A DNA stretch of 62,098 nucleotides, filler included, from Basidiobolus ranarum (taxonomy: Eukaryota): NCBI GenBank assembly GCA_040143965.1. It is 25 parts of 25 records of this genome, joined end to end, with 100 filler letters (N's around TTAATTAATTAA, not from the genome) between each part and the next. Parts side by side here need not be neighbours in the genome. Positions count along the whole stretch, not along the records: positions 52,284 to 54,663 come from JASJQH010010278.1; positions 54,764 to 57,142 come from JASJQH010010279.1; positions 57,243 to 59,620 come from JASJQH010010280.1; positions 59,721 to 62,098 come from JASJQH010010281.1; 21 more parts are not named here. One strand, 5' to 3'. The notes below the pieces were generated by a model. The model saw nothing but the letters and a program-made list of their open reading frames with translations, was not told the DNA's origin and did no database searches. Position 1 is the stretch's first letter. Each line of letters begins with the position of its first letter. The translations under genes were made by a program, and so were the position numbers. This document shows, piece by piece, positions 52,402-62,098 of the stretch.

Positions 52402-52763
52402 GAATCAACATTTCCATAGAAGATGCCCTCCCTCCATTCCTGAAGAATATCAAAGTGATATAATACCTTGTCTTGGCTTAGACCTCGAACTAATTACATC
52501 TAAGAAATCAATAAATCGTTTCTAAAAGTCAGTCGTCCTCATTCTCATTCTTCCAAAGCGAGTTCATTATCCCAATCAATTGAAAACAACATCGAAAGAG
52601 AGCAACAAACCACAGATTGGTCAGAATAGTTATTTTAATCGTCAAATATCGAATTTACCTGGTAAATAAAGGAATAATGGAGAGTTACTGAATAAATCAA
52701 AGGGCATCAAAGTAGCGGAGAGTTACGGAGTAAATGAATGGGTATCATTATGAATGGATTCTG

Positions 52764-53339
52764 TCAAAGAATAATGCACAAGCAAGGACGTTTATCAAGA
52801 TTTTTCAAAGCCAGTTCTTCATCTTGAACTCCCTTGGAAGCTCTAATCATTCTAACCAGTTCATGAAAGGCTTTTTCTACATTGAAACCAGTCTTGGCGC
52901 TTGTTTCCAGAAACGGGCAGTTCAACTGCATAGCTGTAGCGTATCCTTGTTCTTTAGAAACTTGACGTTCTCCAGATTTATCACTTTTATTTCCAACTAG
53001 TATCAAAGGAACTCTTTCCATGTCTTCACGCACTCTTTGAATCTGTGAAAAATACTCGATACCACGATCAAGTGTGCTAGTGGAGGTGATGCTATAAATA
53101 AGTAGATACGCTTCTCCTCCTCGAATCCATTGGTCTCTCAATATGGTGTATTCCTCTTGTCCAGCAGTATCAAGGATTTCCAACATACAAGGAGCGTCGT
53201 CAATGACCGTTTGTTTTTGATAAGAGTTTTCTATGGTTGGATCGTATGTTTCAAGAAAGTGGTTCGATACCATTTGTAAGGTTACGGTGGTCTTTCCTAC
53301 TCCACCATCTCCTAATACCACCACTTTGTAAGTTTGCAT
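52764..53339 (-). CDS. Ras-family small GTPase (fungal Ras2-like)
   Basis: GDGGVGKT, YDPTIENSY, DTAGQEEY, NKSD, ETSAK and C-terminal CIIL CAAX. Intronless, 191 aa. Confidence 0.95.
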   Translation of the reverse strand: MQTYKVVVLGDGGVGKTTVTLQMVSNHFLETYDPTIENSYQKQTVIDDAPCMLEILDTAGQEEYTILRDQWIRGGEAYLLIYSITSTSTLDRGIEYFSQIQRVREDMERVPLILVGNKSDKSGERQVSKEQGYATAMQLNCPFLETSAKTGFNVEKAFHELVRMIRASKGVQDEELALKNLDKRPCLCIIL

Positions 53340-54407
53340 AAGCTTAAAGTAAAGGAAAGGTATATATATTTTTTGTTCTCAAAGTTAGCGTAATACAACT
53401 ATGCTCGAGTAAAGCTTTTGAACCGAGTTGTAGTTTTGGTAGGGTTTAAAGGAATAAGTGAAACCAGTTCACGTTGCTTTCATCAATAAAGCACAGTTGA
53501 ATATGGTCAATAAAAGTTCAAAGAAAAGGTAGTGAAAAGAGTATAAAAAGGAAACCTATATGACATACGCAGCAATAACTAGATAAAGCAAACAAATAGT
53601 ATAAAGATAAAGAATAGGAAATGTTTGGACTGAACTAGGAATATAAATCGTAGCTGAAGACTACAAATAGGCAGTACAAGTGGGAATATTTAGGTGATCA
53701 TGAAAATCAGAGAGAAAGGATAAGATTAGCTGTACGACGGTGTAAGGGAATTTTTTTACGAGTTAAATGAGTAACCTCTAGTGTAGGCAGTAAATCGAGA
53801 TATTGCTAGTAGACTTTTGGAAACCAGGCTCTTTGACTGGTCAAGTCCATGAATTTAGTAGCACTACCGAGAACTCCGCTCTGTGTTTTCTAGAAGAATT
53901 CCTGTCATTCCTTCCATAGATATGACATTCTGTGAGTATGTAACCAAGCTTGCTACGTACCTCCCCACATTCTTCATTCCGAACGCTAAGAAATCTCGAA
54001 CCGTACTTGTAGTTTGAAACGCATTAACAAAATGGATTTGTGCATATCGATAACGCTTAGTATGACATTGCATTGATACAATGCATCCAATTACAAATAT
54101 TTGGGCTTTAATAGACTTCAGATTCGAATGATTCTTTATCTCATTTAAATTGGATTGTGCACGGTGATGGGTTTGTATCTTATATTGAGCTACCATAGCA
54201 ATGCCCTCCGATACTAGAGTAATATTTAAAAGGACCCATCCTTGAATGGATAGATATGGTTATACTTATCATCTGCTCGGGTCACAATAGAGTAAAATCA
54301 AGAGAGAATTTATTACCTGAGTGTATCAATATGGAATTTAGATTTGAATTAGAAAGGAAATTCGGAGATTTGGAATTTGGATATATCTAGTCTAAAAGTA
54401 TCCCAGT

Positions 54408-54544
54408 TTATGGGCAGATTGGAACACGGTTATAGTCGATTTTGCCACGAACTCTGGCGAAAGCCTGTGTCCAGAAGTTGCCTCGTGGGTCTAATCCTGC
54501 ACCCATATGAGTGTAGTCTCGGTTCAAGATATTGGCACGGTGAA
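54408..54544 (-). CDS. CAP/SCP-domain protein, last exon
   Basis: After a TTTCTAG acceptor: HRANILNRDYTHMGAG...FWTQAF (CAP C-terminal motifs), then a stop. Confidence 0.75.
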
Positions 54545-55489
54545 CTAGAAATGGCAAAGGTTTGAGAGTGAGTACTTGAATGAGTGAGTGGATGCAGGAA
54601 ATACAATTCAACGAAAGACTAGAGTAGGTGGATGCGAATGTGGGTGTAGGGACAAAAGTTACANNNNNNNNNNNNNNNNNNNNNNNNNNNNNNNNNNNNN
54701 NNNNNNNTTAATTAATTAANNNNNNNNNNNNNNNNNNNNNNNNNNNNNNNNNNNNNNNNNNNNCTTCGGTAACTCATCATTCCTAACCTCTCAGTCACAT
54801 GAAAATCCTGCCTATTTTCTACGTATTTTTGAATTCTAGTCGGGTTAGTGGAGATCAATCATTGATAAGATCTAATATTTATTGGTGTCAGAGTGCCATA
54901 TTAAACAGTGATTCATGAAGACATACTATTAGCATTAGCGATCCATATACTTACCACATGTTGGTGGTGGAAAGGTGGTAAGCGGACTATGGTTACTGTG
55001 TTGATAATGACGGGTACAACTAGCCCTAACCCTGGTCATTAAACAGATCTCTTCAGTTTCTTGTTATTAACTTAGTTCAGGGTTTTGCTTCTAATCATTT
55101 CCCTTGAGACATGTCTGATTACCACAACCTTGTTACAGTAACCAGGTTTATCATATTTAACACATCTTGTTGCAGGTGATCTTTGGGCCAAGACAATGTT
55201 ATACTCGACACTGAAACTGTTATATATTCCTGTTCATTGTCTTTTTAGCATCTTGTTTGCCACTCCTGGGAGTCAGGACTAAGGGGGTTGTCATCTAACA
55301 ATATATATAGACGTGCTTGTTATGTAACAGCGAGATTTAGTGATTGAATTAAATTCCAAACATTTACTATTTAATGTTCTCTAACTATTTAAAGTTATAA
55401 TTGTTTGTTTCTTCACCACTGCTACTGCTCATTTAAACACCAAATCGAGTGAACTATTTGTGGAACGCGGAAAACTCGGAATAGAGGAT

Positions 55490-57142
55490 ATGCTCTTCAG
55501 AATCACTCTATATCTCTCAACCATTCTTTACTATTCCTCAGCAACAAGCTCATTAAATGAAGACTGTACATACCTAGTAAATACCTTTTTCACTGACATT
55601 TCTGTTGACCTTGGCAATGATAAGGATCAGCCAAGAGATTGCTGCCTACTTCCCGGTATTATATGTGAAAACAATCGGGTTGCCCAACTAGTGTTTATGG
55701 GAAATACCTCCGGGAGGCTTCCCGACGACCTAGGAAAACTAGACTATCTATCAGGAATTACATTTGTGGATACTAAAGTGACCGGGCCTATACCATCCTC
55801 CATCAGTAACCTAAGAAGACTCAAATCTTTGTAAGTGAACGTTAAGATGCTTGAGGTTCTTTTCTAATACAGATTCTGGAATAACTAGATCTCTCGCTCG
55901 CTCCGGATTCTCTGGGCCGCTTCCTGCAGAGATGTTTGACCTACCATTAGGATATCTGTGAGAATCAATGTTTGCCATTGTTATCGCCTATACTTTACTG
56001 ACAATTTCGCTTTGATTACAGGAACTTAAATGATAACCAGTTCAGTGGCGAGGTACCCAACGCTATATCTAAACTGAAAAATGCCGTCTATATGTAATCC
56101 TTTCATTAGAGCCACTACGTTTACACATGATTTACCATATTTTGAACTATACAGTGGCCTAAGTAATAATCGCTTGACTGGTGTTCTCCCTCCTTTCGAA
56201 TTGCTTGATCAGGGTATTTGCGAGCTCGGTGGAAATAACATTACATGTCGAAGTACCGGAACTCCAGCTTGTAGTTCAACCATGGTAATATCAACATGTG
56301 GATCTGGTATAAGATTACTTCATATCCACTGGGCATATTTCCTATTTTTAACCGTATCGATTTAGGCTTGCTTCCAGTAAAGCACGAGAAGGTACCTCCA
56401 TGGGGAATAGCTCTTATTACTATTGGATCATGTATCTTGTTCCTTTTACTTGGACTGATGACCTGGGTCTATCATAGAAGAGATGAAATTGGTAAAATTT
56501 ACATATATTCCCTCATCTAATATTCATGTACTAAGTGTATATCCAGATATAACACGACAAGTACCACCGGTCTTCGATAATGAAGAAAGTTATGAGCATC
56601 CCGAGGAAGAAAAATCCGAAGTCACTCCACCTATCATAGCAGATGAAGTTGTCAGTCAACAAGCTGCCAGTTACTCCATACAAGAGGGTCCGAGTACACC
56701 TATGTTTCAAAAAAGTTTAGATCGACCTTTACATTCACTTTCACCTCCACCACGTGCACCTCTTATGACTGACAAATCATGCCAGACGCACGATCACTTG
56801 GAGGCTCAACCCTATCAAAGTATCGGACATGAAAATCATCCGCCCAACTCATTTAACCGAATAACACTTTCAAAATCAGCAGAGTTCAATAGCAACAGTC
56901 TCTCAAAGAGTCACTTTACTCCAAACACCAAAAGGGGATCTGAATACATAGACGAAGATCAGATGTTTCCTGACGGATTAGAAGCGAATCTTAACTCTTC
57001 AAAAGAATTCACAAAGTCTACTCTTTACTACTCTTCTTCAAACTCCTCCTTTAAACGGATTCGAACTTCCAATGACAGTATAATAAGTGGATTCCCGGAG
57101 CCTCCTTCTGACGTAGAGCAACGTTACCTCAAACCACCGGAA
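55490..57142 (+). CDS. Single-pass LRR receptor-like protein (signal peptide, Cys cap, plant-type LRRs, TM, disordered tail); 3'-truncated
   Basis: Exons 55490-55830, 55889-55957, 56022-56093, 56155-56306, 56366-56491 and 56547-end splice in frame. Repeats SGRLP, TGPIP, SGPLP, SGEVP, TGVLP. TM WGIALITIGSCILFLLLGLMTWVY-HRR. Confidence 0.85.
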
Positions 57143-57242
57143 NNNNNNNNNNNNNNNNNNNNNNNNNNNNNNNNNNNNNNNNNNNNTTAATTAATTAANN
57201 NNNNNNNNNNNNNNNNNNNNNNNNNNNNNNNNNNNNNNNNNN

Positions 57243-59105
57243 ACATGACTTCAGGTTTTTCAGATCACCGGTGAAAGCCAAACAACCATTTGGACATGAA
57301 GGAAGTTTAATTACTGAAGGATTATCAGTCATATGATTGACAAGTGTTTTCCACTTGTACCAGGTCTGTGGCAAGCAACAGTTGCTAATCAACTGTGATA
57401 AAAGTGTAAGAAAACCAATAAACACCTGGTTGCTAAGATTGGATAGAACTTGCCACTCCTCAATAATCAAAGCTGCTTCCTTCACTGTAAGAGTTATGTG
57501 TGGACTAATGCTTGCTGGTAACAAAGAGTCCACAACAAAACCATCTTCTTCTTCTTCAACTTTTGATATATTACTATTAATACTATTAAGAACCAAGGTC
57601 AACATCTTGCAACACAGCCTGAAGGTTTTCTGGACTCACTGGTTCAACCAAAGTTGAATTTCTACCTGTATCACTTGGGTCATATAACTGGGCTAGCTCC
57701 ACCATATCTTGACTTTCAGATATGTTACAAAAACTTTGAGGCAAAGCTCAGCCAGTGGAGTCAGTGGGCAAAAGTAAACTTAATTTTGTGCACTTATAAG
57801 TGTTTATTTTGATAAAAGTGTTTAGGGTATTTTGAAGTGTTTTAAACAAGATCTAGATTGGGGAATTATATACTGAGGTTGTCATCAATTAAAAATGTCT
57901 TATTTTTGGTTTACTATGAAACAAGACTATTGGACATGCTTAGATCATAACAAACCTGCCTGTTAAGCATGGGTGAAGATTTGGGGTGTTTTGGAGTAGA
58001 TTTGAGAAAACAGTCAAAATTCATAAAAGTGATCTAATTACCATTTCTATCAATTAAAGCAATAAAGTCATGCTTTTGAATTGAAGAACTCAGTGCTAAT
58101 TAATCAGAATATGAATAAGTTTACTACCAAATAATGGGTGGCTATTTACCTAACTTCAACATTCCCACTTAACCAATTATTTTGCATTTCTCTTAAACCC
58201 AATTTATCCCATAATAATTCAAATTGTGCTTTAGCTAAAGGTTTGATTAAGATGTCAGCAATTGTGTCTTCAGTTGGGAAATAGAAATTACATTATATCA
58301 CATGTTATGCTCTGCTAGATTGGCAAAATAATATTTATATGTGTGGTGTGGGATTGAATGAAATCAAGTATGAGAAAGGATGGATGAGGCTGCATGGTGC
58401 TGTAGCTCAAGTACAGCATTCCAATGGTCATCTAGCATTGTTGAGTGCCTCTCCAACTGATGCCTAGTTTCTTCACAATGCTGCATCAATTCCTATATTG
58501 CTCTGTTATTTCTTTTCATAGCCTACATTACAACTTTATTGTTTTTTCCTATTGTCTCAGACAAATTGTTACTGTGTTCTGGCTGAGATTCACTTGTAGT
58601 TATTTGATCCAAGTTGTTCAGGACAAGATATGCATTAGTTTGATGTATCAGGCATTATGGAAGTTAATGATCTTGATAATGCTTTGCTTGAACTATGGTC
58701 ATTTATTGATTTACTATATAATGGGGGATGATAATATCTTCACTTGCACTGTGGCTACAATGCACTATGTCTGTAAAAGCAAGTACTCCTTCTTCTTTAC
58801 TTGAGTTAGTTTGTAGCATTGAAATTCCTTTGAAAGTGAAAAATGGACTGTTAGACTGCATGTCAAATAAGTCTTCTGTTCTTGTTGGTTTGCTTTCCTT
58901 TCCTACTAGCAAGTTTTGGCTTGGAACCCATTTTTGACTTAGATGAGGATATTTTTTCAATAGCATTCAAATAATAGATGGCAAACTTGGTGTAATGAAA
59001 TTGCTCACAAGTTTCTTGAGATAAGCTAAAGTTGCCATACATTACTAAAAATATCTTATAAATCCCCTGACAAATCATCTGTGACACTATCTCAAAATCA
59101 GCTGT
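57243..59105 (-). mobile_element. CACTA-like transposase fragment (57243-57800), LTR D-like/RNase H remnant (about 57810-58290), diverged ORF2 (58300-59105)
   Basis: PSVIKLPSCPNGCLAF, minus-strand IADILIKPL and similarity to 15421-15860 and 29000-29800. Confidence 0.8.
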
Positions 59106-59720
59106 AAATATTAGACTTGCTTCATTTTATTATGCCAGATCTAGCTTGCTAATCATAGTAAAATTTGCTACATTCTAAATACTAAAATTTTTGCTTATGT
59201 TAATGATCCCAATTATTTCAATTGTGTTATTGCATGGAAATTATATAGTAACTGCATCAAAATAGCTGATCATAGTCTGCTCTTAATCAACTTATTAGAC
59301 ATACATATTGAAGCAGCTCAATGCAGAATGCATTATGCTTGATCACACTCTAGGAAATTAACTTTGACATTTTGACCAATAGTATGAAAAGATCCCTGTT
59401 TCTGATAGAAACCAATAAAGCCTAACATCATGGATATATATGGTAGTTTTGTATCATGTCAAAATGGATTCTTTGTGCTTCACAACCTACTTCGGTACAG
59501 GAAACCACCACTTTCAAAATTTTGTGTAGGCAGTCAAATGAAGGGGCAGGTGGTGCAAAGCAGTACACACCTACTGACTTTACAGATGCCCAGGTATCTA
59601 CTATGAGTTCTTGCTTGAATNNNNNNNNNNNNNNNNNNNNNNNNNNNNNNNNNNNNNNNNNNNNTTAATTAATTAANNNNNNNNNNNNNNNNNNNNNNNN
59701 NNNNNNNNNNNNNNNNNNNN

Positions 59721-62098
59721 GTCTTCAATCCGCAATCAGGATTGACCCATACAAGTTCACTGGGAAGAAGCTTCACAATATCTCCAAGGCGGGATTGCAT
59801 CTCTTCAACAGATGGAACTCTGGGGGAACTATAGAGTTAAGAAAAAAGAAACGGAATTAGTCAAAGTCATGATGCCATGCATTCCCTCCAATTACACAAG
59901 TCACAAATATCCCAATTCATCGATCAATGATCGGAAACGAAGGTGAAATGGGAGTGAGGGAATGTCCAATGAAAATCAATACTTACTGGATATCGTAGAG
60001 TCCGGGACCGATCCAGTTGGTGTAAGAATGGGTCTCAAAGGCACTCAAGAGCTTAAGATCGGACTTTGAGTTTTCAATGGTGATCACATCAGCATCCATA
60101 CGCTTGATGGATGGGAAGATGTCATTGAAGTCGGAGTAGCACATATGAGTGTGGATCTGGGTAGAGTCCTCGACTCCAACACTGGAGAGCAAGAAAGCAT
60201 CGACAGCCCATTGGAGGTATTGTTTCCACTCGTTTTGACGGAGAGGAAGCTACAGGATCGGATCGAAATCGATGATTAGTAAATATGAACTACCAAATGA
60301 GTCAAGGAACCGATGGTTTAGTAAGAAGAGAAAGGGCTTATTGCCGGACGAAAGTGAAATCAAGGGAGGATAACAAAGTAATCGGATCAAGAAAGTAACT
60401 TACCCCTTCACGAATGGCTGGCTCATCAATCTGGATGACAGGAATACCGGCCTTTTCCAAGTCAACAACCTCGTCACGAATGGCCAAGGCGAGTTGGAAA
60501 GCGGTATCCTTGCGGGGTTGGTCGTCTCTGACGAAAGACCATTGAAGACAAGTGATGGGACCAGTCAACATACCCTTCATTGGCTTTTGAGTGAGGGATT
60601 GAGCATATTTGATCACATCAACGGTCATTGGCTTGGGACGGTGGATGTCTCCGAAGATGATCGGTGGCTTGACGCAGCGAGTACCATATGAGGCAACCCA
60701 ACCGTTCTGTGTGAAGACATATCCATCCAAGTTCTCACCAAAGTATTCAACCATATCGTTACGCTCACTCTCTCCGTGAACAAGAACATCAAGACCAATG
60801 TCTTCTTGGAAGCGAACAGTCTTCTCAATCTCGTTCTTGATGAAGGTATCATATTGTTCCTCACTCCATTCACTCTTGCGGACCTTGGAGCGGGCAAGAC
60901 GGACTTCCTTGGTCTGGGGGAAGGAGCCGACAGTTGTGGTAGCGAACTTGGGAAGGTTCAACTTGGCCTCTTGACTCTTTCTACGCTCAGAGAATTCAGA
61001 GTTACGCTTGAACATCTGAGGGGTGATGTTCTTCAAGCGATCTTGGACAACAGGGTTGTGGATTCTAGGAGATGAGGAACGGGCCTTGATGGACTTGGCG
61101 TTAGCCTCCAACTCAGCCTTGACTGACTCAACATCATCAACAGCCTTGGAAAGAAGTGTCACCTCTCTCAACTTCTCAACGGCAAAGGAAAGCCAGTCCA
61201 AAATCTCAGGATCAATCTTCTTCTCACCTTCAATGGAGTGAGGTGAGTGTAAGAGAGAGCATGATGGTGCAACGATCACTCGATCACCACCCAACTTGCT
61301 GACAGCCTTTTGTACACTCTCCAAAGCTTTGGCAAGGTTAGTCTTCCAGATGTTACGACCATTGACAACACCAAGTGAGAGGGATTGGGATGGGTTGATC
61401 TTCTCCAATACAGCATCTAATTGTTGAGGAGCTCTGACGAGATCAATGTGGATGGCGGCAACTGGGAGACTGGTCAAGATATCGAGGTTGTCCTCGACTT
61501 GAGAGAAGTAGGTGGCGACGATCAACTTGAGGCTAGAAGAAGCCTTGCTGAGGGTTTCGTAAGCTCCCTTGAAGCTAGATTTGGCGTTCTCGGGGAGATC
61601 AAGAGAAAGGAATGGCTCATCAATCTGAACCCAGGTGGCACCAGCCTCAGCAAGTCTCTGGAGAAGTTGCTCGTAGGCGGCGACCAAGGAAGGGAGGAGA
61701 GAGAGTTTGTCAAGGTTACCACTGTCCTTGGCGGTTTTACCTAAGAGTAGGTATGAGATAGGTCCAACGATGACTGGGCGAGTATGAATGCCGAGTTCCT
61801 TGGCTTCCAAGAACTCGTTAACAACCTTGGCAGACTTGGCCAAGGTGAATTGTTGGCCGTTCTTGAACTCAGGAACAATGTAGTGATAGTTGGTATCGAA
61901 CCATTTCTTCATTTCCATTGCTGGCACATCGATCTTATCGGCACTCTCGGTGGCTGGCTTCTGAAGACCACGGCCCATGGCAAAGTAGGTCTCAAGACCA
62001 GGGGCAAGGTGTTGATACTTTTGGGGGATCACACCGAAAGTGGTGGAGTTATCGAGGATATGATCGTAGAGAGAGAAATCACCACTGGGGATGTGGTC
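59721..62098 (-). CDS. MET6: Cobalamin-independent methionine synthase (both ends truncated); introns 60250-60403 and 59829-59986
   Basis: [55 protein letters not shown] and [10 protein letters not shown] (Zn ligands) after splicing. Confidence 0.97.

Noticed and set aside
2399-59720. Regularly spaced TTAATTAATTAA palindrome every ~2.49 kb, and any cross-contig gene cluster
   Set aside because: It is an artificial all-frame-stop linker between size-sorted contigs. ORFs containing X and neighbourhoods across linkers are artefacts.
60494-61744. Plus-strand and alternative-frame ORFs over MET6
   Set aside because: These are shadow ORFs caused by strong codon bias in a highly expressed gene.

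Overview
This window is not one locus. It is 25 small contigs (about 2398 down to 2378 bp, sorted by length) joined by 100-nt N/TTAATTAATTAA/N linkers, so adjacency across linkers means nothing. The DNA is eukaryotic and fungal-like (short GT-AG introns, MET6, Ras, MFS). An early-diverging fungus is my inference. Host genes seen: a Prx5-type peroxiredoxin, an intronless OxdC-like bicupin, a tRNA-Arg(CCT)-like gene, a DHA2-type MFS transporter, a Ras GTPase between two inverted CAP-domain paralog ends, a plant-type LRR single-pass receptor-like gene and MET6. The rest is mostly CpG-depleted, nested transposon debris: Ty1/copia families and their LTRs, and a roughly 5 kb CCC-ended CACTA/EnSpm-type element with a divergent unknown second ORF. 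The most striking items are (1) a miniature LTR retroelement (LTR-PBS-51 bp internal-PPT-LTR) whose LTR carries a tRNA-like Pol III cassette, (2) the two-gene CACTA-like element that repeatedly abuts copies of itself, (3) the plant-like LRR receptor with one-repeat-per-exon structure and (4) an 84-bp (4x21) degenerate tandem array at two loci.
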